Assembly: GCA_963727625.1 (NCBI GenBank)
Contig: CAVSHR010000005.1
Location: forward strand, 224,001-288,000
Length of the DNA: 64,000 nucleotides
DNA from: an uncultured delta proteobacterium
GTDB lineage: Bacteria; Desulfobacterota; Binatia; UBA9968
Reading direction: 5' to 3'
Shown: piece after piece, positions 9,008 to 18,653 of the stretch
How positions within the stretch are numbered: position 1 is the stretch's first letter
Layout of the letters: each line of letters opens with the position of its first letter
Program-made: the position numbers and the translations under genes
Notes under the pieces: generated by a model
What the model was told of the DNA's origin: nothing
The model's input: only the letters and a program-made list of their open reading frames with translations
Database searches by the model: none

Positions 9008-10078
9008 TCATCGAGCCGGCAGCGGTCCGCCGCCGGCCATTTGCTTATACAACTGAATAACTTCTTTATCTCGCGGCAATTCTTTGATCGCCTGTTCCAG
9101 TTCCTCGCCGCTAAGTGGGTTTGGAGGATCACCCATCAACTTTTTATACTCGGCGGGAAACTCCGGGTCGGCAAACGCCTTGCGCATCGCCGCGCGTATG
9201 ATCTTTACCGGCTCTTTCCGTGTTCCAGGAGGGAAGAGATACGGCCAGCGCGGGTATTGAAAGGCACGAAACATGGCCAGCAGCTTTCGTTCTTTATCTG
9301 ACTTGGCAAAGCTCTCCAATTGGGGCAGATCTTTAAAGGCGGGATGAGAACGTCCTTTCGGAACCGTCAGAGTCGCGTGAGGGTGGATCAGCTTCTTTTC
9401 GATCCATTCCGGTTTTTCGACGACAAAGCGCGCCGCACCGGTGACATGAGCATCCAATTCGCCGCGTTCGAGCCCGATGTAAATCTCCGGACCGGTAAAA
9501 CCGGTGACGAACTTAGGATCCTTCAAGCCGAGCACGTAGGCTACCATGCGCGCGGTGACATAGACCGGGTGGCCAACCGCGTGCGCGCCAAACCTGACGC
9601 CGCTTTTGGCTTGCAGTTTCGCCATACTGTCCAGTCCGGCTTCCGCCTTGGTGTAAAACACGTAAGGATCGCCTGTATCCGTAGAGCCAAGGTAGATGAA
9701 TTTATCGAGATCGTATTGACTGCCGGGTAGACCGAGAATCGGTCCGACGACAAGCCCCGCGCCGATCGATCCAATCGTTAACCCGTCGGGCTTCGTCGAG
9801 CTGAAAAGCATGTTCGCGGCTTTTCTACCGGCGGCGCCCGGCACGAAATCGATCATCAAAGTCGGATGACCTGGGATATGCTTCGCCAACGTATGCATCA
9901 GCGCCCGGGTCTGAAATTCGCCTGAGCCGCCGGGGCCGCCGCCGCGGATGATCTTGATCGTCTTGCCTTTGTAGAAGTCGCCCTGAGCAAGGGCATCGCC
10001 CGACGGTAGGAATAACAACAGCGCGAGCACCATCCCGAGCACAGACGCTGGCAACGTCGACCCACTATTCTTCTTCAT
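9008..10078 (-). CDS. Bug/TctC-family tripartite tricarboxylate transporter substrate-binding protein
   Basis: Signal peptide, FYKGKTIKII, PGAAG, PDGLTIG and DPEF motifs. Confidence 0.85.
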   Translation of the reverse strand: MKKNSGSTLPASVLGMVLALLLFLPSGDALAQGDFYKGKTIKIIRGGGPGGSGEFQTRALMHTLAKHIPGHPTLMIDFVPGAAGRKAANMLFSSTKPDGLTIGSIGAGLVVGPILGLPGSQYDLDKFIYLGSTDTGDPYVFYTKAEAGLDSMAKLQAKSGVRFGAHAVGHPVYVTARMVAYVLGLKDPKFVTGFTGPEIYIGLERGELDAHVTGAARFVVEKPEWIEKKLIHPHATLTVPKGRSHPAFKDLPQLESFAKSDKERKLLAMFRAFQYPRWPYLFPPGTRKEPVKIIRAAMRKAFADPEFPAEYKKLMGDPPNPLSGEELEQAIKELPRDKEVIQLYKQMAGGGPLPAR

Positions 10079-10292
10079 AAACACCCCCCACATGCCGTGA
10101 GATAATGAATTCTGGGTTCTATCGGCGGTTCGGTATCGTCTCGATGGCTGCGATTATATTGTTCGCAGATCCTAAAGAAAGAGGGCGGCCAACTTTCCCG
10201 TAACATGGCATCCAGGGTCGCGACTCTGACGCACGTTTGGCAATAGTGAAGCCGCTTTTCGGATCGCACGGTGCCGAAACTTTTGCCGGCGG

Positions 10293-11717
10293 TCAGAGCC
10301 CCTTCTTCATCTTCAGCGAAGTCAAGAGGGGGATCACGCTGATGCCGAGCGCAAACAGGTAGGTCACGTTCACCGAAGCGACGAAAACCTGCGTGTCGCC
10401 GGGGTTGGGCGTGGTACCGGGAATCCCCGAGTAGTAGCGGAAGGCCAAGGTCAGGAAAATCCCGCTGAGCGATATTCCGAGCATTTGACCCAGGCCGAAG
10501 ATCCCGTTGATGATGCCGATCGCCGTGCCCCAATTTTCTTTGGGGAGCGAGCCGATCATCACCGCCTGCGACGGAGTATTGAACATTGCCGATCCGACGC
10601 CGGTCAGGGCGAGCAGGAGCGCGGGCAAGATCCAATGCGAGTCGGGACGCAGGTTGGTGCCGATCAAGAAACTCGTCATCAGGGTGAGCACGCCCAGAAT
10701 CAATAGAAAGCGCGCTCCGATCCGATCGGTCAGCGCGCCGCTTACCGGCGAGATCACCATGCTAAGCAACGACGGGGCGAGAAACATCAGCCCCATGAAC
10801 GATGGAGAGAGCTTGAGCACGTCCTGAAGATAGAAAGGCGTAATGAACGTCGTGAGGCCTTGAGTGATACAGCACATCAACAGACCCACCGAGCCGAATT
10901 TAAACACCGGCACCGAGAAAAACGACAGATTGATCATCGGGCTTCGGGTCTTCTTTTCGTGTGCAATAAATCCCCAGAGCGCGCCGATAAAGACCATGAC
11001 CAAAAGCGTCTGGTTGCCGGTGCCAATGACCCGCGCAACTTTTTGATCCAGCAGCAGGGTGACCAGAATCGTCAGAGCGAGAAAGAGCAACGCGCCCTGG
11101 TAATCGACAGCTTGCGGTCGAGAAGTCGTTGACGGCACGGCGCGTCCGGTCAGGTAGCAAAGCACCGATCCAACCACACTCGGCACAAACAAGAAGAAAA
11201 AAATCCCCCGCCAGTGCACCCAATCGATGATCAAGCCGCCGATCGGCGGACCGATAAAAAAACCGAACTGGTGCGACATGGCCATGAGACCCTGGGCCTT
11301 TCCTTCCGACCCCGCCGGCATGGCCCGGAACGCCAAGGTGCGTCCGGATGACTGAATCATCGCGCCGCCGACGCCTTGCAGGAAGCGAAACAGAATCAAT
11401 TGCAATACGTTCTGCGACAGGCCGCAGAGCAGCGAGCCGACGGCCATGACAGCCATGCCAATACCGAAAGTTTTGTGATGGCCGTAGATATCGCCCAGCC
11501 GCCCGCAAATCACGCCCAGGCCGATCCCCGCCATCTGATAGACGATGAGCGCCCACGAGATTCCAAGGATGTCCGTCCCCAGCGCCGAGGCCAGTGTCGG
11601 CATCGAGATGATGAACACGCGCGTTGAGATGCCCGCGACGGTGACCCCGATGACCGAGTTGATCAGAGTAAGCCTGCGCAGCTTGTCATGCGCATGGGGT
11701 TGATCTTGCAAAATCAA
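10293..11717 (-). CDS. MFS transporter, DHA2-like (about 14 TM)
   Basis: Motif A GRLGDIYGHHK, FRFLQGVGGA and GPPIGG. Hydrophobic throughout. Confidence 0.9.
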   Translation of the reverse strand: MILQDQPHAHDKLRRLTLINSVIGVTVAGISTRVFIISMPTLASALGTDILGISWALIVYQMAGIGLGVICGRLGDIYGHHKTFGIGMAVMAVGSLLCGLSQNVLQLILFRFLQGVGGAMIQSSGRTLAFRAMPAGSEGKAQGLMAMSHQFGFFIGPPIGGLIIDWVHWRGIFFFLFVPSVVGSVLCYLTGRAVPSTTSRPQAVDYQGALLFLALTILVTLLLDQKVARVIGTGNQTLLVMVFIGALWGFIAHEKKTRSPMINLSFFSVPVFKFGSVGLLMCCITQGLTTFITPFYLQDVLKLSPSFMGLMFLAPSLLSMVISPVSGALTDRIGARFLLILGVLTLMTSFLIGTNLRPDSHWILPALLLALTGVGSAMFNTPSQAVMIGSLPKENWGTAIGIINGIFGLGQMLGISLSGIFLTLAFRYYSGIPGTTPNPGDTQVFVASVNVTYLFALGISVIPLLTSLKMKKGL

Positions 11718-11961
11718 ATTTCAAACCTTTCGTGCCGGTCAAAATACCCTCGCCGGTTCTCAGACCCTCGGCGTCTCCGCCGCCGCTTCGACAACGGTCG
11801 ATCGGCATAGCACGGAGACGAAATATGAGAAGGACCGGGACAGGACTGGAGGCTTCGATCCTATAGATTTGCGGCAGGTTTTTGTAGCCTTTCACAAATC
11901 ATTTCAAAGTCGCTCAACGCCGCATTCGACGTGGCGACTACCAGGTCCGGCCAAAAATATT

Positions 11962-12008
11962 TTTGCAAAGTTAAGAACGCCCGGAGCGCTATTTCCTAAA
12001 CGAGGGAC
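11962..12008. promoter_or_regulatory. paired UAS palindromes
   Basis: TTTGCA-AAGT-TAAGAA (11962-11977) and TTCCTA-AACG-AGGGAC (11993-12008), 31 bp apart, followed by an AT-rich tract before the promoter. Confidence 0.55.
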
Positions 12009-12083
12009 TGGGAGTTCGGCGAACAATTGTTTAAACAGTTAAATTTATTACATGAATCGAGTTCCAGGACCCTTCGATGGGCT

Positions 12084-12099
12084 TGGCGCAGTCCTTGCT
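12084..12099 (+). promoter_or_regulatory. sigma54 promoter
   Basis: TGGCGCAGTCCTTGCT (GG-N10-GC). Confidence 0.7.
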
Positions 12100-12226
12100 C
12101 AATTGAATTAGCGGGTTGCATTACAGTCCATTGTTCTTGTTGACGAGCTGGACACAGGTCGATAGCCCACGGATTTTTAAGACGACAATAACCAGGCCCA
12201 ACCGAACGAGAAAGGAGACCGCCAAC

Positions 12227-12508
12227 TTGAACGCCGCCGTTACCGCTGTCACGAATCTAGCATCAGTATTGACCAACAAAGAGGGTGCGCCTCCTAAGAA
12301 GATCTATAAGTCAGTGCCGGAAAGCTACAAGGTTCTGACGGAAACCAAGTACCACAAAGTCGTCTCGGATCTTGAATCGATTCTGCTCGACATCAGCACG
12401 GACGGGGTCGGCATCAACACCCCGGACGGAAAAATCAGCGCGTCAACGCTCAAGAGCTGGGCCGAGTCTTTGCGAGACGCTCTGGAGACCCTGTCGAAAG
12501 CTCAATGA
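12227..12508 (+). CDS. hypothetical protein (about 93 aa)
   Basis: RBS AAGGAG before TTG 12227, downstream of a sigma54 promoter. No recognisable motif. Confidence 0.55.
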   Translation: MNAAVTAVTNLASVLTNKEGAPPKKIYKSVPESYKVLTETKYHKVVSDLESILLDISTDGVGINTPDGKISASTLKSWAESLRDALETLSKAQ

Positions 12509-12551
12509 GCGGGAGGGCGTCGCCCCCCATCTTCAAGCCAAGTGCCCGCGC

Positions 12552-12974
12552 TCAACTGCCGCGGGTCCGGTTTTGCGGCCCGACTTTTTCGATCGTGACG
12601 CGGATGGCGATGCGCCCTTCGGCGAGGGTTTTTTTTCGGATATCGTCCCAGTTTTCCGGCTCGCCGCGGATCTGGCGATGCCAGTCGAGCACGATGTCCA
12701 TGGCTTGCGGATGGGACACCACTTCGGCCCTGCCGTCGATCTGAATATAGTTGGAGCCGTTGAACTTCTCTCCATAAACCAGCAGAGAAACTTCCGGATT
12801 GCGCCGAATATTTTTCACCTTGTAAGTGTTATCCCGCGCCGTGATCGTCACCCTGCCATCGGCGCCGATGACCGGCGACACCAGCGTCATCTGCAGCGAC
12901 CCGTCGCGCTTGCGCGCCACCAATACACCGTGATGATTATGCTTCAAAAACTCCTGTGCCTCGGAAATATCCAT
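12552..12974 (-). CDS. PPOX-class (putatively F420-dependent) split-barrel oxidoreductase
   Basis: VLVARKRDGSLQ, KVKNIRRNPEVSL and YIQIDGRAEV. Confidence 0.85.
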   Translation of the reverse strand: MDISEAQEFLKHNHHGVLVARKRDGSLQMTLVSPVIGADGRVTITARDNTYKVKNIRRNPEVSLLVYGEKFNGSNYIQIDGRAEVVSHPQAMDIVLDWHRQIRGEPENWDDIRKKTLAEGRIAIRVTIEKVGPQNRTRGS

Positions 12975-13207
12975 GGATCCTCCGCAAAATTATGTTCCGC
13001 CGATCTTAGCTAATTTGCCCCGCCGCTGCCAGACAGAGCTCCCAGCTGAACCGCCACCCCGCCAGCTCCGATCGTTCGAGCGGCACGCTCCAGTCGTCAT
13101 TTAAAAACCGGCGGCATATTCACCGCAACCAAAACAATGTTGCAACTTAGCAATTTTTATTTTCTACTCCCGGCTGGTGCATTGAACTCATGAGGAGGAC
13201 GAGAGCA

Positions 13208-14032
13208 ATGGCAAGGGCAAATAATGAACATCCGGGAATAGGCGAAGGACGGGACCGGCTCGTAGGCAAAGTCGCCATCGTCACCGGTGCCAACAGTGGC
13301 ATCGGCCGCGCCACGGCGCGCCTTTTCGCTCGCGAAGGCGCGCAGGTGGTCTGCTGCGATATTCAGGAGCAGTTGAGCCCGCGCATCGACGACCTGATCG
13401 CGCAGGACGGCGGTTCCGCCCTGTTTCTAAAGACCGATGCCACCAGTGAAGCGGACTGGACCAGGACCGTAAGTTCGACACTGGAGCGTTTCGGCGATCT
13501 GGATATTCTCTATAACAACGCCGGCGGCGGCGTGCGCGGCAAGATCGGCAAGCTCAAGAACGACGAGTGGCACTTCATCATGAACTTGAATCTCAACTCG
13601 ATCTACTACGGCTCGCGCGCCGTGTTGCCCCACTTCTTAGCCAAACGCCGGGGCAACATCATCAACACCGCCTCGACGTTCGGCATTCTCGCCTCGGAAG
13701 AGAATCCTGCCTATTGCGCGACCAAGGCGGCGGTGATCAACCTTACGCGCCAGATCGCCCTCGATTATGGAACCCAGGGAATCCGCGTCAACTGCATCTG
13801 TCCCGGCGCCACCGACACACCACGATTCAGGGGCGTGCCGCCACGGGCGATGTTCGAAAGCGGCTTGCCGCCGGAGCAGATTGACCGGCTATCGAAACTC
13901 AACCGCGCCCTCAACCGCCTTGCCCGGCCGGAAGAGATCGCCTACGGCGTGCTCTTTCTCGCCTCGGACGAGGCCTCCTTCGTCACCGGCAGCGCACTGG
14001 TGGTCGACGGCGGCCAGACCATCGATGCGTAG
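13208..14032 (+). CDS. short-chain dehydrogenase/reductase
   Basis: TGANSGIG, NNAG, YCATK and VDGG. Confidence 0.93.
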   Translation: MARANNEHPGIGEGRDRLVGKVAIVTGANSGIGRATARLFAREGAQVVCCDIQEQLSPRIDDLIAQDGGSALFLKTDATSEADWTRTVSSTLERFGDLDILYNNAGGGVRGKIGKLKNDEWHFIMNLNLNSIYYGSRAVLPHFLAKRRGNIINTASTFGILASEENPAYCATKAAVINLTRQIALDYGTQGIRVNCICPGATDTPRFRGVPPRAMFESGLPPEQIDRLSKLNRALNRLARPEEIAYGVLFLASDEASFVTGSALVVDGGQTIDA

Positions 14033-14040
14033 AAAAAAAA

Positions 14041-14110
14041 TTGGCGTGATGGGGTGTTGGAGTAATGGGTCATGGTCCGGCAACAATACTTCGGAGCGCC
14101 ATCGCTCCGG
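14041..14110. repeat. degenerate 8-mer tandem repeats with inverted counterpart
   Basis: TTGGCGTGATGGGGTGTTGGAGTAATGGG ... CAATACTTC..CCATCGCTCC between convergent genes. Confidence 0.4.
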
Positions 14111-14181
14111 CTCAGCGGCGCTGCTACCTTCCTACACTAAAGAAGCAGCAAGCGGGATATTGTCGCTTCGCTAAATCCAAT

Positions 14182-14634
14182 TCACGCTGCGGTATTGCCG
14201 CCGCGGCTGCCGCTGGGAAACATCGAGCCCAAGTACTCGCCGAGGATGCGACAAACGTCGATGGCCGACAGGATGCCGGCCAGTTTGCCCTGGCGCTGCA
14301 CGATCACCGATCCGATGCGCCGCTTGGCCATTTCCATAACCACGGCGTCGAGCGGCGCCCGGAAGGGCACGATATAGGGTTGGGTCACCATGATATGGCG
14401 CGCCTGAATCGTGTCTTTCTCCGCTTGCGGCGTGTCGCGTTTGACATGGTGGTGCAGGTCGCGCTCGGACACGATGCCGATGACCTTGCCGTTCTCCTGC
14501 ACAGGCAAATGGCGGATGCCGTGCTCATCCATCATCCGCTCCAGGGTCGTTGCCGTGTCGTCGACCTCGACGAAGTAAGGAAAGGAAGTCATCACGGCAC
14601 CGACGATGGGCATCTTTTTTTGTCGTTTTTTCAT
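14182..14634 (-). CDS. CBS-domain protein
   Basis: IRHLPV...GIVSERDL and IGSVIV...GILSAIDV. Confidence 0.9.
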   Translation of the reverse strand: MKKRQKKMPIVGAVMTSFPYFVEVDDTATTLERMMDEHGIRHLPVQENGKVIGIVSERDLHHHVKRDTPQAEKDTIQARHIMVTQPYIVPFRAPLDAVVMEMAKRRIGSVIVQRQGKLAGILSAIDVCRILGEYLGSMFPSGSRGGNTAA

Positions 14635-14687
14635 TCCGCCTCCCCCTCACGGCCCTGCAGCGCTTAGTCGCCGGTTATATTGTCGGC

Positions 14688-15210
14688 TCAAACATCGGCC
14701 CAGCGCCAGCCACGAATATCCGGCAGGTCGCCGCCCTGGGTCGTGATGTCTTCCTTATGCCCGATCAGTTTATCGCGAACGGCCTGCTTGCCGTAGGCCG
14801 CGTGGTAGCCCGGCTTGGGCACCGGGCCGATCAACCCCGCGACCGGAGGGTAGCGATCCATATCATTGCGCGCGACCATGTCCAACGGAGTCGTCGTCGT
14901 GCCCTCTTCCTGGTAACCGCACACGTGGAGATTTTTATGATTAGTCCGCCGATAGGTCAAGCGATGGATCAGCTCAAATGCAGGGTCGGCAGCCCGCCGT
15001 TGGTGTCGGGATTGAGAAATTCAATGGGTGTAAATGAAGTTGAGCCCCGGCGTGGCGGCCCAGCAGCCACAGTTTTATAGGCTCGCCTTCAACGGTTCCT
15101 TGACCAGCGGATTGTCGAGCAGGTGAATTCAACCTGCGGATAAGGGATTGGCCGCTCGCCAATAGGCAAGGATGGCCTCGATTTCGGAGTTCGACAAAGC
15201 CTTAAATTAA
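14688..15210 (-). pseudogene. xfp: phosphoketolase remnant with a large internal deletion
   Basis: The N-terminal piece AYWRAANPLSAG*IHLLDNPLVKEPLK/../TPGLNFIYTH (about 15020-15190, with stops and frameshifts) lies next to the C-terminal piece [28 protein letters not shown]...IRGWRW. Confidence 0.88.
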
Positions 15211-15228
15211 CGTTCTCCTTGTCGATAT

Positions 15229-16437
15229 TTATTTCACTTCGCGCCGCACCAGCCGCGCCGTCTCTCGGGCAATGATCACGCCTTCGTCGCTGGGTATCAC
15301 GTAAGCGCCGATGCGCGACCCGGGCGCTGAGATACAGGCTTCGCTGCCGACAGCCGCGGCGTTGTTTTTTTCGTCGAGGATCAAGCCGCACCAATCCATG
15401 CCGGCATAAATTTTTTCGCGCACCGAGGGCGCGTTTTCGCCGATGCCGCCGCTGAAGATCACCGCCTGCGCGCCGTCGAGAGCGGCCAAGTAGGCGCCCA
15501 AATATTTGCGCGCCCGGTAGCAAAAAAGATCCACCGCAACGCGCGCGCGCGGATCGCGATCATAGACGGCGAGCAGCTCTCGCATATCGCTGGAGATGCC
15601 CGATAAGCCGAGCAGACCCGAGCGCTTGTTGAGCCAATTTTCCACTTCAACGGCGTCGACATTTTCCACCCGCGCCAGAAAGCCCACCAGCGCCGGATCG
15701 AGATCGCCCGAGCGCGTGCCCATCACCAGACCCTCGAGCGGCGTGAAACCCATCGACGTATCGACCGATCTACCGCCGCGGATCGCGCATGCCGAGCAGC
15801 CGTTGCCGAGATGCATGGTGACGAGATTGATCTGTTCGACGGGGATGCCGCTTATCTCGCTATAGCGCAGCAAGGAAAAATGATGCGCCAGGCCATGGAA
15901 GCCGTAACGGCGGAGCGAATGTTTTTCCGAGAGCTCGCTCGGAATCGCGTAAAGCGCGGCGATCTGCGGCATGGTCTGATGAAACGACGTGTCGAACGCC
16001 GCCGCCATCGGCACGCGGGCGCCGAGAATTTTCCGCATCGCATGGATGCCGCTCACGGCCGCCGGGTTGTGCAGCGGCGCCAACTCGTTCAATGATTCGA
16101 TTTGCCCCAGCACCGCGTCGCTGATCAGCACCGTCGAGGCGAACAAATTCCCGCCATGGACCACGCGGTGGCCCACCGCATCGATTTCGAACTTGCGGGG
16201 CGCGGCCGAGTCCGCCAGGCCGAGCCGAGTGACGATTAGACGTACCGCCGCGTCGTGGTCCGCCGCAGCGCATCTTTCTTCGGTGAGCGGAGTAGCATCG
16301 GCATACCCGATGCGCAGCGCTGCACGAGCACCGATCTCATCGACGATTCCCGAGACCAGCTTGCGCTCGGCACCGGCAGTCTCGATGATCTGAAACTTTA
16401 CCGAAGAGCTGCCGCAATTGAGCACCAGTACGTTCAT
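15229..16437 (-). CDS. ackA: acetate kinase
   Basis: LNCGSSSVK, VGHRVVHGG, LAPLHNP, FDTSFH, HLGNG and TSMGFTPLEG. Confidence 0.96.
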   Translation of the reverse strand: MNVLVLNCGSSSVKFQIIETAGAERKLVSGIVDEIGARAALRIGYADATPLTEERCAAADHDAAVRLIVTRLGLADSAAPRKFEIDAVGHRVVHGGNLFASTVLISDAVLGQIESLNELAPLHNPAAVSGIHAMRKILGARVPMAAAFDTSFHQTMPQIAALYAIPSELSEKHSLRRYGFHGLAHHFSLLRYSEISGIPVEQINLVTMHLGNGCSACAIRGGRSVDTSMGFTPLEGLVMGTRSGDLDPALVGFLARVENVDAVEVENWLNKRSGLLGLSGISSDMRELLAVYDRDPRARVAVDLFCYRARKYLGAYLAALDGAQAVIFSGGIGENAPSVREKIYAGMDWCGLILDEKNNAAAVGSEACISAPGSRIGAYVIPSDEGVIIARETARLVRREVK

Positions 16438-16557
16438 GCTGATATTAATTGTACGGGAAATCTTGCGGAATGGAACTACTGCGCAGCAAGCTGTGGGGTC
16501 TCAAACGGAACGGATAAGCCGCGGAGCGAGACGAAACCAAACTTTGTTACGAGAGGG

Positions 16558-17289
16558 TCAGCTCGACACCGGTTCTGACATCGACGATTCCAAGAACTCG
16601 GCCGCCAACGGCACCTCCTGCACCGAGCCATACACCGCGCGCATGCTGTAGGCCCGCGCGCCGCGCTTGGAGGCGATGACTTTGAAAATCTCTGTGCCTT
16701 TGAAGTGCACGCCGGTCCAATCCTCGATGGCCATGCCGGCGGAAATTTTACTCGAACTTAACAGGCGGTGATAGGACGGCCGGCGCTGCGGCTCGCCGTC
16801 GTAGTGCGGGCAGCAACTGCCGGGGAGAAAGCCCAAACCGTCGAGGGGCCGCAGACCGTCGGAAAAGGAATCGGTCAGTCCCTGCTCGAACCAGCAGATC
16901 GCCCCGGCGCTCACACCGGTCAGGACAATTCCGCACTCCCAGGCTTCCCGGAGAACTTCCACCACCCCCCAGTCGCGCCATAGGGCGAGCAGGCTCTTGG
17001 TGTTGCCACCGCCGACATAGATCACATCCTGATTGAGCAGAAACGAGCGAAGATCGGGCGTGCGTTTGAAAAAGGTCAGCACCGACGGGCAGCAACCCAA
17101 TTTCAGAAACGCCGAGTAAAAACTCGCAATATAATGATCCGGCTCGCCGCTCGCCGTCGGCACGAATGCGACCCGCGCATGCTCCACGCCAGTTTGGCGA
17201 ATCACATATTTTTCCAGCTCGAGATTCTCCGCATCACGATAGAATCCGCCGCCGCCGATGGGAATGATCTGTCGCTCTTTTTCCGCCAT
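16558..17289 (-). CDS. pepE: peptidase E (S51 family)
   Basis: FVPTASG, YVGGGNT, catalytic GVSAGA and PHYD. Confidence 0.88.
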   Translation of the reverse strand: MAEKERQIIPIGGGGFYRDAENLELEKYVIRQTGVEHARVAFVPTASGEPDHYIASFYSAFLKLGCCPSVLTFFKRTPDLRSFLLNQDVIYVGGGNTKSLLALWRDWGVVEVLREAWECGIVLTGVSAGAICWFEQGLTDSFSDGLRPLDGLGFLPGSCCPHYDGEPQRRPSYHRLLSSSKISAGMAIEDWTGVHFKGTEIFKVIASKRGARAYSMRAVYGSVQEVPLAAEFLESSMSEPVSS

Positions 17290-17338
17290 GAATCCGGTTC
17301 TCGCTTGTGATTTTCTTATTTGCGACTGCGCACGGTTG

Positions 17339-18646
17339 TTAATACGCCGTGCAAATCCCCGCCTCGCCGCCCCAGATATCGACTCCGCCGATAATCATAT
17401 CGCGCGCGTCCAGAGTGAACGCGCCGCGCGCCGAAGTCTCCGGTGCGCCGGGGTAACTGAGAACGCAAATATCCTCATAGGGACCGATAAGCCGCTCCGC
17501 CGCGGGCAATTCGATCCACCGGTCGCGGCTGCCGGTGCTCACCACCGCGGTCGCTTCCGGAGTGTAATACAGCAGCGGCGAGTCCACACCGTCCTTGCCG
17601 CCATATTCGTAAGTCACCAACGTGGTCTTGATGCCGATGCGCTCGCAAGCACGAATGGTCAACATGACGTCGACGAAGGCATTGCCGGAGCCGAGCCAGG
17701 TGACCAGCGCCGCGTCCGCGCCGATGCGCGCGGCGAGCTGCGCCGTGTTGCGCGCCACCACTTCTTTGCCATGAATCGTGTCGTAGGCGATCCGCTCGAC
17801 GATCACACCGGCAAAACTCAGGTGTCCCGCGGCCTGTTCGCGATACAATTCCAGCGCCAGCGGATGATTCTGCCAATCCCAAGTCGTCGGGTAATAGCCG
17901 ATCCCGCGGGTGGTGTTGGTGGTTACCGCGCCGTCGAACAATTCGTTGGGATGGATCAGCGTCGACAGCGACTCGCGGATCGGCAGGCCGTAGTAGCTGA
18001 CGCCGGAATGGGGCTGGCCGCCGTTGGTGATGCAGCCCTGGATCAGCGCCACGCGCGGCGCGGCGTGTACAGCTGAAGCCAATTCGAAATTCGCGACATG
18101 CTCGGGGCTCTGTCCCTCGGTGAGCTCCGCCAATTTTTTTGCCACGAGGAACTCGGCTCGCTGGATCGCGCTGTGGGCGTCATATTCGCCGAGCCCTGGC
18201 TTGAGCCGCAGAATCAAAACCAGATGCTTGAATTTGCCGAAGCGCGACGCCGCCGCGCCCGGCCCCCACATGTCGAGAATAGCGCTGCGCTGCACGCCGG
18301 TGCCGGCGCGGATTGTGCCCTCGTAAGCTGCCGTTGCGACGATGGTCATGCCGGAGAGGCGATGCGTCACTCCGCTGCCCACGCATTCCACCGGACAGAT
18401 CGCGCCGGGAAACACTTGAGCGCCTGCGCCGAATTTCGCTCTGGGCTCGACGATGTCGCGAATGCCGGTAATGCGCGCGTGTTCCTCCGGGCGAACGGTT
18501 TCGAATCTCGCTGAGTCGATGCGAGCATCTTCGAGAACCGTTTGCGCCAGCTCGTCTGAATTCAACTCCAGCCGGCCGCTCTGATAACGGCACGAATTAC
18601 CGAAGCGAATTTCATGTACCGGAAACGATGCCAACTCGAGTTGCAT
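17339..18646 (-). CDS. glycine/sarcosine/betaine reductase component B alpha/beta-like proprotein (GrdE-like)
   Basis: RITGIRDIVEPRAK, VGSGVTHRLSG, ILDMWGPGA, HPNELFDGA, QNHP and AVVSTG, as in the GrdE family. Confidence 0.8.
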   Translation of the reverse strand: MQLELASFPVHEIRFGNSCRYQSGRLELNSDELAQTVLEDARIDSARFETVRPEEHARITGIRDIVEPRAKFGAGAQVFPGAICPVECVGSGVTHRLSGMTIVATAAYEGTIRAGTGVQRSAILDMWGPGAAASRFGKFKHLVLILRLKPGLGEYDAHSAIQRAEFLVAKKLAELTEGQSPEHVANFELASAVHAAPRVALIQGCITNGGQPHSGVSYYGLPIRESLSTLIHPNELFDGAVTTNTTRGIGYYPTTWDWQNHPLALELYREQAAGHLSFAGVIVERIAYDTIHGKEVVARNTAQLAARIGADAALVTWLGSGNAFVDVMLTIRACERIGIKTTLVTYEYGGKDGVDSPLLYYTPEATAVVSTGSRDRWIELPAAERLIGPYEDICVLSYPGAPETSARGAFTLDARDMIIGGVDIWGGEAGICTAY

Positions 18647-18653
18647 ATAATCG

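Noticed and set aside
13112-13128. GG-N10-GC element (CGGCATATTCACCGC) upstream of the SDR
   Set aside because: The -12 element is poor (CCGC) and I found no 31-bp UAS pair, so it is not counted in the regulon.
17289-17339. Search for a UGA-recoded selenoprotein (grdA/grdB) beside the grdE-like gene
   Set aside because: The flanking gaps are only 7 and 49 bp, leaving no room for one.
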